In this document: positions 12,227 to 23,678 of the stretch, one piece after another | Layout of the letters: each line of letters begins with the position of its first letter | How positions within the stretch are numbered: the first letter of the stretch is position 1 | Assembly (NCBI RefSeq): GCF_001194135.2 | Contig: NC_068983.1 | Span: 59,398,415 to 59,460,159 of the forward strand | Reading direction: 5' to 3' | DNA length: 61,745 nt | Source of the DNA: Octopus bimaculoides | Lineage: Eukaryota | Translations under genes and position numbers: made by a program | The notes under the pieces: model-generated | What the model was told of the DNA's origin: nothing | What the model saw: only the letters and a program-made list of their open reading frames with translations | The model's database searches: none

Positions 12227-13424
12227 NNNNNNNNNNNNNNNNNNNNNNNNNNNNNNNNNNNNNNNNNNNNNNNNNNNNNNNNNNNNNNNNNNNNNNNNNN
12301 NNNNNNNNNNNNNNNNNNNNNNNNNNNNNNNNNNNNNNNNNNNNNNNNNNNNNNNNNNNNNNNNNNNNNNNNNNNNNNNNNNNNNNNNNNNNNNNNNNNN
12401 NNNNNNNNNNNNNNNNNNNNNNNNNNNNNNNNNNNACATATTTGCATGCACAAATGAGAGTGAAATATATTGTTTAAATAAATGTCTTATCTTGTTGTTT
12501 AGCCCCAACACAACCATGATCCAGAATAATTAACATCAAAAGGGCCCTTGCTATGGCCATACCATAAATTTCTCAAGTGTATGGAGGACTACATTAAATA
12601 GTGTGACATTTTTCTTTACAATGATTTGGATGGAAATTTATGGAAATTTAGGGTAATTTGACTACTATCTTTAGCTGTTCAAGTGGCTGTGTAAAGCCTC
12701 TTTCAGTGGGTTTGCTCATTTAAATGTATGTTAATTGAACATCTGATAGCTGTTTTCCATTTTTAATTAATATTCTGATCGAGGCTCATTAGAGTGTGGT
12801 TGATAATGGGTTCATGTAAGTGTCCCATATTTTCTATGTGCTACTCTGATTACACACACACACACAAATCTTCATCATCATCATCATCATCATCATCATC
12901 GTCATCATCATCATCATCGTCATCATCATCATCATCGTCATCATCATCACTTCCACCCCTATTCCTAAATATCCCTCAGTGCCTCTCACAGTCTTGCAGT
13001 CTTCTTGATCTTCTGTCTCTCTTCTATTTATGTTCTTGTATCTTGAGGATATGCTCCGATACATCACCAACATCTTTACCTTCCTTTCTGGCTCCACTGC
13101 AATTACTCTCACCCACCTCAGTGTGTGTGTGTGTGCGTGTCTGTACATGTGCATATGTTTTGCACCTGTCTTAATGTTAGTGTTGTGTATAAAAATAAGG
13201 CTATAATCCATATAATTTGGGTCATTGCTTACAATCTGCCTTAAAAATGTGCCTGACTATTGAGATGTTCGTTGGGCAAAGGACCAGGGGAAAATATTTC
13301 CTAGTTTGGAAACAAGTGAGAATTAGAGATAGGAAGGACATTTAGTTGTAGAAAATCTACCACAGTAAGATTCAGCTGACCCATGTTAGCTTCAAAATGT
13401 GGGCACTAAGATGATGAGAATTAT

Positions 13425-13476
<52 letters not shown>

Positions 13477-13499
13477 ATACACACACATACACACACTTA

Positions 13500-13675
13500 C
13501 ATTGCCATGAAAAAGAACACTCAATACACACTGTAAATTGGTTGGCATTAGGAAGAGCATCCAGCTGTGGATAAAGCAAGCAATGAAGCAAAATGCAGTC
13601 CTTGGACCCATCAGATCCTGTTAAAATGTTCAACTCATACCAATACAGAACATGGAGATTAAATTACAATGATGA
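13500..13675 (+). mobile_element. Family C repeat
   Basis: ctgtaaattggttggcattaggaagagcatccagctgtgga...ccaatacagaacatggagattaaattacaatgatgac. Confidence 0.65.
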
Positions 13676-13691
13676 CATATATATATATAGT

Positions 13692-14077
13692 GGAGGCACA
13701 ATGGCCCAGTGGTTAGGGCAACAGACTTGCGGTCATAGGATCGCGCTTTCGATTCCCAGACCGGGCATTGTGAGTGTTTATTGAACGAAAACACCTAAAG
13801 CCCCACAAGGCTCCGGCAGGGGATGGTAGCGAATCCTGCTGTACTCTTTCACCACAACTTTCTCTCACTCTTACTTCCTGTTTCTGTTGTGCCTGTAATT
13901 CAAAGGGTCAGCCTTGTCACACTGTGTCATGCTGAATATCCCCGAGAACTATGTTAAGGGTACACATGTCTGTGGAGTGCTCAGCCACTTGCACGTTAAT
14001 TTCACGAGCAGGCTGTTCCGTTGATTAGATCAACTGGAACCCTCGACGTCGTAAGCAACGGAGTGCCAACAACAACA
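13692..14077 (+). mobile_element. Full-length tRNA-derived SINE (distinct family; possibly OR2/Nin-domain-like) with (ACA)n tail
   Basis: A box TGGCCCAGTGGTTAG, B-box-like TTTCGATTCCC, tail ggagtgccaacaacaaca, inserted in (TA)n on both sides. The family name is tentative. Confidence 0.8.
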
Positions 14078-14411
14078 TATATATATATAATGCTGACCAT
14101 TTACACAATGTAATGGGTACTTCTTTTTTTTTCATAGCAGTGTGTGTGTACCTATCAGCAGTCATGGTTAGGTAGTTCATTGTTAGTCAACAATTACTAT
14201 CCGCATTAAATGTCCCAAATGGTAGGATGAAAAGTGAACTGATTGAGTTTAAAACGTTGTATTTGTCAGGTACCCCCTTAACTGAATATATTTCAATGTG
14301 GAGGTGAAGTGTAACTACAAAAAAACATATGTCTGGTGTTTTATGGTTATTGATAATTTCTCACTTGCAACAACACTATTGTTGCTCTTATAGTGCACAC
14401 ATAAATCTGAA

Positions 14412-14465
<54 letters not shown>

Positions 14466-14735
14466 ATGTGCGCACACACTTCTGTGTGTGTGTGTACCAG
14501 TTCACTTATATGTGAAAGATGTAAGACAACAGTGAAACAAATATAGAAAAGAAATAAGAACTAAATGAAGAGAAAGAGAAAGGGTGATATAGTGAGTGAG
14601 TTGATGTGAAAGAGAGAAGGAAAAGAGGAAAGCTAGAAACTTTACTCACATAGAGAGAGTAAGAGACAGGGAAGCGATAAAAGGGAAGAGGGAGGCCATT
14701 AGATAAATAGCAAGGGGAGACAGAGACATATAGAA

Positions 14736-14783
<48 letters not shown>

Positions 14784-15200
14784 GGAGTGAGAGAAAAATA
14801 AAGTGATAATCTATAATACAATTGTAAAAAGAAAAGACAGTATTATGAGGTGTAATTTCATACATGTGATGCTGTGTGCTGAGAAGGTGTTTTGATATTA
14901 ACACTAAAGTAAATGGTCCAAACACACGAGCAATATTAATCACAGACAAAATACTACTATTCACCAAGGCATACAAACACACACACAGACACACACATAC
15001 ACACACACGTGTGTGTGTGCTTGTATGCCAGATGTGCGTGTATGTGTGTATGTGTGTGTTGTATTTTTATCTGTGCCTGTTCATCTTTCTGGCTTACCGG
15101 TCAGGAAAAAGCCTCTTTTTTTTTTCACACATACAATATGTGTCCACACACACATATATGTGTGTGTGTGTGTGTGTGTGTATGTGTGTGTGTGTGTGTA

Positions 15201-15340
15201 CATGCATTATAAAACTGTTTTTATGCTTGAACATGTGTGTATATGTGTGTGTGTGTACGCATGCATTATAAAACTATGTGTGTGTGCTTAAATGTGTGTA
15301 TGTGTTTGTACACACACATGCTTTATAAAACTATGTTTGT
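15201..15340. repeat. Three-copy ~58-bp tandem repeat (catgcattataaaactatg core in (TG)n)
   Basis: Core starts at 15201, 15260 and 15317. Confidence 0.75.
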
Positions 15341-16284
15341 GTGTGTGTGCATGTGTGTGTGTGTGTGTGTTTGTATGCGCGGTTTTGTGTGTGTGTGTGT
15401 GTAAAATATGCTATTATATGAAGTGTTCAGGTGTATTACAACTCATCGGAATGTGTGTTTGTGGCTTTGCATAAGAGAGAGAGTGAGAGATAGAGAAAGA
15501 AAGAGTGAGGGAAGAAGAGAATAAAGATGAAAGAGACAGAAAGATAGGGAAAGAATGAATGACAGAGAGAGAAAGAGAGTGGAACAAGCCTCAATGTATA
15601 TACATCTATAGTTGCAGACTTGTATTAAGGCAGAGACAGTCCTGTGAATCCTCCAAGAGAAATTCTATCATCATGAAAGAATGTTCCAGCTTATTCAATA
15701 CCTATTTATGACTGCATATGTACACATCAAAGTTAATTGGTACATTTTTATTTTATGCAACCTTTGCATTAAGAAATTGCACACTGCAGTTGTATCTGTG
15801 CATCACACATTTCATGTAAGTTTACCATTGGCAGGAGAGCTAGGTGCAGATCTGTTTATTCGTGTTTTTAATTGTTTGTTCTGATACGTTTATAAACCAT
15901 TTGCTGGAGATTATGTTGTATAGCTCTAGGTTAAACTAGATTGACCAGAAACAGAGCCTATCATCAAATGTATCCAGATATGAACATTCCATCTATTTCT
16001 TTTTCAGGCATTGATATCACATTATCCATTGTGGCCTTTTTATTTTTTCTTTGTTTCTGCTTCTTAGAAGGGAGTTGAGGGATATGTAAGTGTTGTTTCT
16101 AGTAAATTGTACAAAGAAACATCAATGTTGTCAGTCAGTGGTCAGAGTGGTGCTTAGTCCCAGAACAGTCCTGGTCAAGTAGGGTTTATGACCAAAAGGC
16201 ATTACCCCTTTACTTACCATATTTTTATTCAAATACACTGGTTGTGTTTCTATAAATTTCAAAGAAAATAAATGCAAAATTTAT

Positions 16285-16500
16285 TTCATCATCATCATTT
16301 AATGTCTGTTTTCCCTGCTGGCATGGGTTGGATGGTTTAACAGGAGCTGGCATGTCGGAAAGCTACAACAGACTCCATTTGTCTGTTTTGATATGGTTTC
16401 CATGGCTGGATGCCTTTCCTAATGCCAACCACTTTACAGAGTGTACTGGATGCATTTTACATGCCACCAACGTAAGTGCTTTTTATGTGGCACCTGCACA
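16285..16500 (-). mobile_element. Family C repeat
   Basis: catcatcatcatttaatgtctgttttccctgctggcatgggttggatgg...ggctggatgcctttcctaatgccaaccactttacagagtg. Confidence 0.8.
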
Positions 16501-16649
16501 GGTACTTTTTTGATCAGCTGAGTTAGAAAGTTGAACTGAAGGAAGTGCCTGTAAATCAGGTGAGAGGTTATAGTATAGAGGGACAGAAGTAATGGTTTTA
16601 CTAAAAAAGGGATACTTGGGTACCTCAATTGGTGTTCGGAATATAAATT

Positions 16650-16815
16650 ACATGAAACTTTATGTTCTGAGTTCAAATTCTATCAAGGTCAACTTTGTTT
16701 TTCATCCTTTCGGGGTTGATAAAATACGACCCATTTAAGCACCAGGGTCGATGTAATTGACTTACCCACCTGCTCTGAAATCACTGGCTTTGTACCAGAA
16801 TTTGATATCATTATT
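16650..16815 (+). mobile_element. SINE family B, partial
   Basis: tatgttctgagttcaaattc...aactttgtttttcatcctttcggggttgataaaat. Confidence 0.75.
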
Positions 16816-17039
16816 AAACTTTTACGTGGAAGAAATTTTGGTGGAACGTTTTAGATCAACAGGTTGGATTCATTCAGCCAAAACTCTTCAAAGCTGTGCT
16901 CCAGCATGACCAGAGCCCAAAGACTGAAACGAGTAAAAGATAAATGATCATCTCAACCGTCAAATCATAAGCACTCCATTCTTAGGGGTTCATTTTAAAA
17001 ATTTGTTCTAAGATTTTTTGTTTATTTGCTGATATCATC

Positions 17040-17460
17040 CTCATCATCATCATTTAACGTCCATTGTCTATGCTGGCATGGGTTGGATGGTTTGACAGAA
17101 AACTGGTAAGCTGGGGAATTGCACCAGGTTTCAATCTGATTTGGCATGGTTTCTACAGTTGGATGCCCTTCCTAACACCAACCACTCCATGAGTTTAGAG
17201 GGTGCATTTTACGTGCCACCAGCATAGGTGCCAGTTATGAAACACTGGCATTGGCCACAACTATGATCTCACTTGGCTTGACAGGTCTTCTCAAACATGA
17301 TATATTGTCAAAGGTCTTGGTCACTTGTCACTGCTTCCTTGAGGCCCAGCTTTGAAGGGTACTTTTTACATGCCGCATATCTAGCATGAGTACTAGATAT
17401 GCGACACTGGTATTGGCCACAACTACGATATCACTTGGCTTGATGGGTCTTCTCAAGCCC
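17040..17460 (-). mobile_element. Family C repeat with an internal ~65-bp duplication
   Basis: acactggcattggccacaactatgatctcacttggcttga occurs at ~17242 and ~17404. Confidence 0.8.
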
Positions 17461-17599
17461 ATTTATGGAAAACCTGTAGAGATAGCTTTAAAATGGGATT
17501 TAGTAGCACTGCTAACACAAGTAGAACATAGTATTGACGTTTAAGCCTTTAATATACTTTGTAGTCTATTATGGTTGCATACAGTGTCCCTAACATCAA

Positions 17600-17760
17600 T
17601 TAATATGTGGTTGGTTTTAGGAAAGGCATCCAGCTGTAGAAACCTTTCCAAATCAGATTGGAGCCTGGTACAGCTTCCCAGCTTGCCAGTCCTCAATCAA
17701 ACCATCCAACCCATGACAGCATGGAAAGCGGATGTGAAACAACGACGACGATGATGATGA
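17600..17760 (+). mobile_element. Family C repeat
   Basis: ggttggttttaggaaaggcatccagctgtagaaacc...ccatccaacccatgacagcatggaaagcggatgtgaaacaacgacgacgatgatg. Confidence 0.8.
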
Positions 17761-17878
17761 TGTACCAGTTGCCAGGAATGTGTTTTGCATATAAAATTGG
17801 TATCTCCAATTGTGTTATTCCACTAAACTTAGTGGTTAGTTAAGTAATGTGTATGTGGATGGTTAATGGAGTCAGTGT

Positions 17879-17923
17879 GGTACTGAAGAGGGACCAAGAA
17901 CACCTGAAATATGCATATACACT
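17879..17923 (+). ncRNA. Candidate degenerate minimal type I hammerhead ribozyme (Penelope-type)
   Basis: CTGAAGA(17883-89), stem II GGG/CCT, GAAA(17906-09), palindromic ATATGCATAT stem III, then A17. Stem I ggta/cact has one mismatch. Confidence 0.45.
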
Positions 17924-18524
17924 CAGTACTATTTTTATATTTTTGATAGCGTTGTTTCCGTAGACATATTCATATACGAAACGTAACTTTCATTGCTGGT
18001 TCTAAATACTATATATTTTCATATCATTTCTGTATCAGCTTCTTTTCCTGGGAGCTGTTCCATCACTCATATCTGACTCAATTGCCTTTCTCTCATCACT
18101 TCTATTTATTGTGTCTAACACCACAGGCCTTTCATTAACCATTACCTACAGTCCTTCTTCCCCAGAACATCAGTCCTCTGGAGCTCCCTCCTTGCTCATA
18201 TCTTACCTGTGTATTTGTATTGACTTGTGACAGTTTAAGCAGAGCCTTAACATTAACAGTGTCACCAGTGAAAGGGTATTACACCTTTCTCCAGATCCGA
18301 CAAGAAGTTAAAATTTACTTTTCAATAGCTTTGTCAAAGAAGAAAAGCGGCGCTAATAAGCCCCCCATCTTTGACAGATAAGATGAATTACTTTCAGATA
18401 ACAAATGAAAACGCTTTGAATTTCCTCCTGAAAAGCTTCATCGCTAAAACGAATGTCCATAGAAATATTTTTGGACTGATTTGAAACATTACATTTCCAT
18501 ACCTATCTGATTTGATCGATGGAT

Positions 18525-18525
18525 A

Positions 18526-18606
<81 letters not shown>
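18525..18606. repeat. (AAT)n microsatellite running into a gap
   Basis: Direct read. Confidence 0.95.
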
Positions 18607-19091
18607 NNNNNNNNNNNNNNNNNNNNNNNNNNNNNNNNNNNNNNNNNNNNNNNNNNNNNNNNNNNNNNNNNNNNNNNNNNNNNNNNNNNNNNNNNNNNNN
18701 NNNNNNNNNNNNNNNNNNNNNNNNNNNNNNNNNNNNNNNNNNNNNNNNNNNNNNNNNNNNNNNNNNNNNNNNNNNNNNNNNNNNNNNNNNNNNNNNNNNN
18801 NNNNNNNNNNNNNNNNNNNNNNNNNNNNNNNNNNNNNNNNNNNNNNNNNNNNNNNNNNNNNNNNNNNNNNNNNNNNNNNNNNNNNNNNNNNNNNNNNNNN
18901 NNNNNNNNNNNNNNNNNNNNNNNNNNNNNNNNNNNNNNNNNNNNNNNNNNNNNNNNNNNNNNNNNNNNNNNNNNNNNNNNNNNNNNNNNNNNNNNNNNNN
19001 NNNNNNNNNNNNNNNNNNNNNNNNNNNNNNNNNNNNNNNNNNNNNNNNNNNNNNNNNNNNNNNNNNNNNNNNNNNNNNNNNNNNNNNNNNN

Positions 19092-19205
<114 letters not shown>

Positions 19206-19519
19206 ACTTGTGTTTGTTTTGATATTTAAGATTGAAAAATATCAATCTTATTTGTAAAAAGTTTTGGACCTGGGTTTGCACCCCCACCTAAGCAAATTTC
19301 ATTCCTGTACTTACGTCAACAGGGTGGAATTAACTAAATGAAAACAAGGGTTCATTTTGGGTGTTAAAGTGGGTGGTATATTAAGTTTTATACCTTGTCA
19401 TAATATCACTCAAATTACAGGTAGTTATAGGATTTCTAAAGCAGGATGTCCCCACTCCCATTCACCCACATACAAACACAATTGTTAGTCTGGCTAATAT
19501 TTATAAATACATAATAAGA

Positions 19520-19700
19520 AAGTGAGCAAAATGCTTAAAGGTGTTTACTTTGTCTTTATGTTCTGAGTTCAAATTTCACTGCAGTCAATTTTACCTTTCA
19601 TCTTTCTGAGTTCAAGAAAAATTACATACTAGACAAGAACCAGGTTGATAGTATTGACAGACCCTCCAAAATTTCTGGCCTTGTGCCTAAGTGAGAGCCC
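19520..19700 (+). mobile_element. SINE family B
   Basis: gcaaaatgcttaaagg...tatgttctgagttcaaatttc...aaaatttctggccttgtgcc. Confidence 0.7.
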
Positions 19701-19821
19701 ATTTATGTTCTGAACTCAGATCATAAAGAGCCAGAAGTACTACAAAGCATTCTGTTTTTTTTTTTTACTACTCATTAACAATTCTGTTAATCAATGACCC
19801 TAATGATAATTCCTTCTACTA

Positions 19822-19983
19822 TAGGTGCAGGAGTGGCTGTGTGATAAGAAGCTTCCTTACCAACCACATGGTTCCAGGTTCAGTCCCACTACATGGCATC
19901 TTGGGCAAGTGTCTTCTATAGCTTCAGGCTGACCAAAGCCTTGTGAGTGGATTTGGTTGACGGAAACTGAAAGAAGCCTATCG

Positions 19984-20023
<40 letters not shown>

Positions 20024-20297
20024 CATATATATATATGTGTGTGTATATGCATGTGTGTGTGTGTGTTTGTGTGTGTGTTTGTGTTTGTGTGTCTGTGTTT
20101 GTATATCTGTGTTTGTCCCCCAAATTCGCTTGACAACTGATGCTGGTGTGTTTACGTCCCCGTAACTTAGCGGTCTGGCGAAAGAGACCGATAGAATAAC
20201 TACTAGGCTTACAAAGAATAAGTTCTGGGGTCGATTTGCTCGACTAAAGGTAGTGCTCCAGCATGGTCACAGTCAAACGACTGAAACAAATAAAAGG
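19822..20297 (+). mobile_element. SINE family A, full length, low divergence
   Basis: ataggtgcaggagtggctgtgtgataag through gctccagcatggtcacagtcaaacgactgaaacaaataaaag; many CpGs retained. Confidence 0.9.
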
Positions 20298-20301
20298 ATA
20301 T

Positions 20302-20514
20302 AGGTACAAAGCCTGAAATTTGGAAAGGAGCGGTGGGGGTCAAGTCGATTACATTGACCTCAGTGCTCACCTGGTTCTTACTTCATTAACACCTTTCCAA
20401 AATATTGACAGGTAACGTCAACCTGAGCAGGATTTGAACTCAGAATGTAAAACTGGAAGAAATGCCAGTCAGCAGTTTGCCCAGCGTGCTAATGATTCTG
20501 CCAACTCTTTGCCT

Positions 20515-20556
<42 letters not shown>

Positions 20557-21102
20557 CAGTAGTAGTAGTGGTAGTAGTAGTAGTAGTAATGGTTTTGAAT
20601 TTTGTCACATGGCCAACAAGTTTGGGAGTAGGGGAGGATGGGGTGCTGGTCAGTTACATTGACATCCCCCCTGGTCAGTGCTCAGCCGGTACTTATTTTA
20701 TTGACCCTGAAAAGATGAAAGGCAAAGTTGACCTCGGTGGCATTGGAACCCAGAGTGTAAAGCGTGAAGATAAGCCGCTAAGCATTTTACCTGGCGGGCT
20801 AACGATTCTGCCAGCTCACCACCTTAACAACAACAACAACAACAACAATAATAATAATAATGATAATAATGATCCTTTCTACAATAAGCACAAGGCCTGA
20901 AATTTTGTGGGCAGGGGTCAGTCGATTACATCGACCCCAGTGCTCAACTGGTTCATATTTCTTCGACCCTGAAATGATGAAAGGCAAAGTTGACCTCAGT
21001 GGCATTTGAACTCAAAACGTAAAGCGCCACTAATCATTTTGCCCGGTGTGCTAACGATTCTGCCAGCTCACCACCTTAACAATGATGATGATGATGATGA
21101 TG

Positions 21103-21146
<44 letters not shown>
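20302..21146 (-). mobile_element. Head-to-tail array of three SINE family B copies separated by trinucleotide microsatellites
   Basis: Copies at ~20302-20515, ~20590-20826 and ~20871-21079; spacers (AGT)n, (AAC/AAT)n and (GAT/AAT)n. Confidence 0.85.
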
Positions 21147-21199
21147 TAGCACTATGAGTATTTGATGGTGTTTAGATATATTTATGTAGGCGTGGCTGT

Positions 21200-21275
21200 T
21201 TTTAACTTGTCAGTATGTTGTAACTACTCCTACTGCTACTACTACAACTGTTGTCGTTGCTGCTGCTGCTGCTGT

Positions 21276-21342
<67 letters not shown>

Positions 21343-21466
21343 ATTGTAATTGCGTGTTGTTATTGTTGTTAATATAGATGCAACGTTTTTTTTTTTAAAT
21401 ATCAGTTCTTATCATTGCTGTTATATAAGGTTGTCTATGTAGTTTTGCTGTTGTACAGTATTTGCT

Positions 21467-21500
<34 letters not shown>

Positions 21501-21793
21501 CGTTGGTGGTGGTGGTGGTGGTTATTGTCATTGTAGAGAGTTGATATCGGTGAGGTTATCAATTTTAGTGTAACTGTTGTTGTTGTTGCTGTTACTGCTA
21601 GTGATGATGATGATGACTACTTCAATTGGTACTGCTGTTAGTGTGTGGCTGGTTGGTTGATTGGTCGGTTGGTACTTTTATTATAGCCGAAATAGTATTG
21701 AATAGCATCACTATTGGCGAGTTCATGTTGTTATTGTCATTGATGCTAGCAGTATCAACAACCTTAGTACCAATCAGTAGTAGTAGTAGTAGC

Positions 21794-21825
<32 letters not shown>

Positions 21826-21941
21826 ATGGTGTTGCTTAGGTTGTAGTATCTGTTTTGGTTGTAGATATTGTTTTAACACTAGCAATTGTAGCTAATGATG
21901 TGGTTGTACTATCATCAGTGAAAATAATCTCAAACTGTAGC

Positions 21942-21980
<39 letters not shown>

Positions 21981-22097
21981 TGCTGTTTTTGTTGTTGTTT
22001 CGTTGCGGCTCGTGTAGCAGTACAGTGCTATACAACATGTGACTGTGTTACTTACAGTTATTGCGGCAGTAACAGCAGCAAAAGTAGTAGTGGTAGT

Positions 22098-22129
<32 letters not shown>

Positions 22130-22292
22130 TAGTAGTAATAGTAGTGGTAGTAGTAGTGGTAGTAGTGGTAATAGTAGTAGTAGTAGTAGTGTGGGTGATG
22201 CTAACAAGTGTAATTGTTGTTGTTGTTGTTGTTGTTACAGTCATTTGTGTGGCATTGCAAACAGCAATACTGTAAACGTTAACAACTGCAGC

Positions 22293-22323
<31 letters not shown>

Positions 22324-23600
22324 TTTGTTGTTGTCGTTGTTATTGTTAAAGGTGAAATAGCAATAGTGAATAGTATTAACAGTTGAAAGTGAAATTGTTG
22401 TTGTGGATGCTGTTGTTGTTGTTGTTGCTGTTGTCGTTGAAGGTGAAATAGCGATAGTAAATAGAATACAGGAGAGCGAATAAGTTGTTGTTGTTGTTGT
22501 TGTGGATGAAGTAGCAGTAGTAGTGATATTGACAGCCATAGCATCTCTATATATCAATAACTAGAATATTCAGTTCAGATCACTCTTCTTAAGCCATGAA
22601 CAGCATCACAAAAATCAGTCATAGCAAACACTAAGATAGCTATAGTAGTGTTAGAAGTAACAACAACAACAGCAGCGGCAGCATCAGCAGCAGCAGTTGC
22701 AACAGCAGCAGCAGCAGTAGTTGAAACAGCAGCAGCTGCAGTAGTAGTAGTAGTAGTAGTAGCAGCAGCAGTGGTAGTGCTGCTGAGTCGAATGAATGAT
22801 ACTAGCTGCTTGCCGCTGTTCAGTTGTGCCGGCCCAGCAATGAGGGATGCACTACAATAGCGTGAATTAATATGTGTGTAGTTACAATACTACCAAAGTC
22901 GTTGCTTTCTCTCAACACAGCTCCTGCTGTTGTCACCACCCCCATCACTACCACCACCACCACCACCACCACTATAAACAACAACAACAACAACAATATC
23001 AACAACACTACTGGAAACATCAATATTACCATCAAAACCACAGACACTGATAACACAACCACCGCCACCAACACCACCACCGGCAACACCACCACCACTA
23101 TAACCACAACCACAACTACCTCTACTAACCCCTCCTCTGTCACTGCCTCTTCTTCCAGTATCTTCCACCACCAACATAATAACAACAACAACGAAAACAA
23201 CAGCAGCAACAACAACATCATCAATAACATTGCAACTGGCACACCTTCCCACACAAGCAACACAAACAGCTTGGACACGATCGCCAATGACACACGCTGG
23301 ACAGATGCTCGAACACAACCACACGCATCATTTCTGCTGCCAATGTTGTTGTCACCGTCGTTGTTGTTGTCGTCACTGCTGCCATCCTCTTCAGCATCAT
23401 CTCCAACACCTATGTTAAAAACAAGCAAACCAACAGAATTGGCACCTACACCACCATTGTTTCCTGCTCCTCCTCTGGTAACACCTTATTGGACAACATA
23501 CTTGACGTCCTGCCACAACCACAACCACCACCTCCACCTCCACCAACACTACTACTACTTCCATCACAGTTTCCAGACTTTCTTATACTTTTCTTGTTTT
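21200..23600. repeat. Mosaic of degenerate trinucleotide repeats, GT-rich on + to ~22550 and AC-rich on + from ~22900
   Basis: Direct read: (GAT)n, (GTA)n, (GTT)n, (GCA)n, then (ACC)n and (AAC)n. Confidence 0.85.
21930..22557 (-). pseudogene. Possible coding or formerly coding Thr-rich (mucin-like) segment in two frames joined by a frameshift
   Basis: ORFs 22279-22557 and 21930-22544 both contain ILFTIAISP. The duplicated segments differ only at synonymous third positions (see findings). There is a stop upstream at 22561-63 and no splice sites were identified. Confidence 0.3.
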
Positions 23601-23678
23601 TTCTTTATTCTACCCTACAGGTTTATTATGCCATTTATTATCGCTATATTTCATAAGTTACAAACAGTTGAATTTTAG
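22872..23678 (+). CDS. 268-codon low-complexity T/N/S/H-rich ORF of uncertain coding status
   Basis: Longest gap-free ORF in the window, with a local CpG excess at 23270-23380. No recognisable domain, and the T-poor composition alone favours long ORFs. Confidence 0.2.
   Translation: MCVVTILPKSLLSLNTAPAVVTTPITTTTTTTTTINNNNNNNINNTTGNINITIKTTDTDNTTTATNTTTGNTTTTITTTTTTSTNPSSVTASSSSIFHHQHNNNNNENNSSNNNIINNIATGTPSHTSNTNSLDTIANDTRWTDARTQPHASFLLPMLLSPSLLLSSLLPSSSASSPTPMLKTSKPTELAPTPPLFPAPPLVTPYWTTYLTSCHNHNHHLHLHQHYYYFHHSFQTFLYFSCFFFILPYRFIMPFIIAIFHKLQTVEF

Noticed and set aside
22820-23428. Minus-strand V/L/G-rich ORFs (22820-23428, 22890-23324) as membrane proteins
   Set aside because: Hydrophobicity follows from reading (ACC/AAC)n antisense; frames break near 23480 and no domain is evident.
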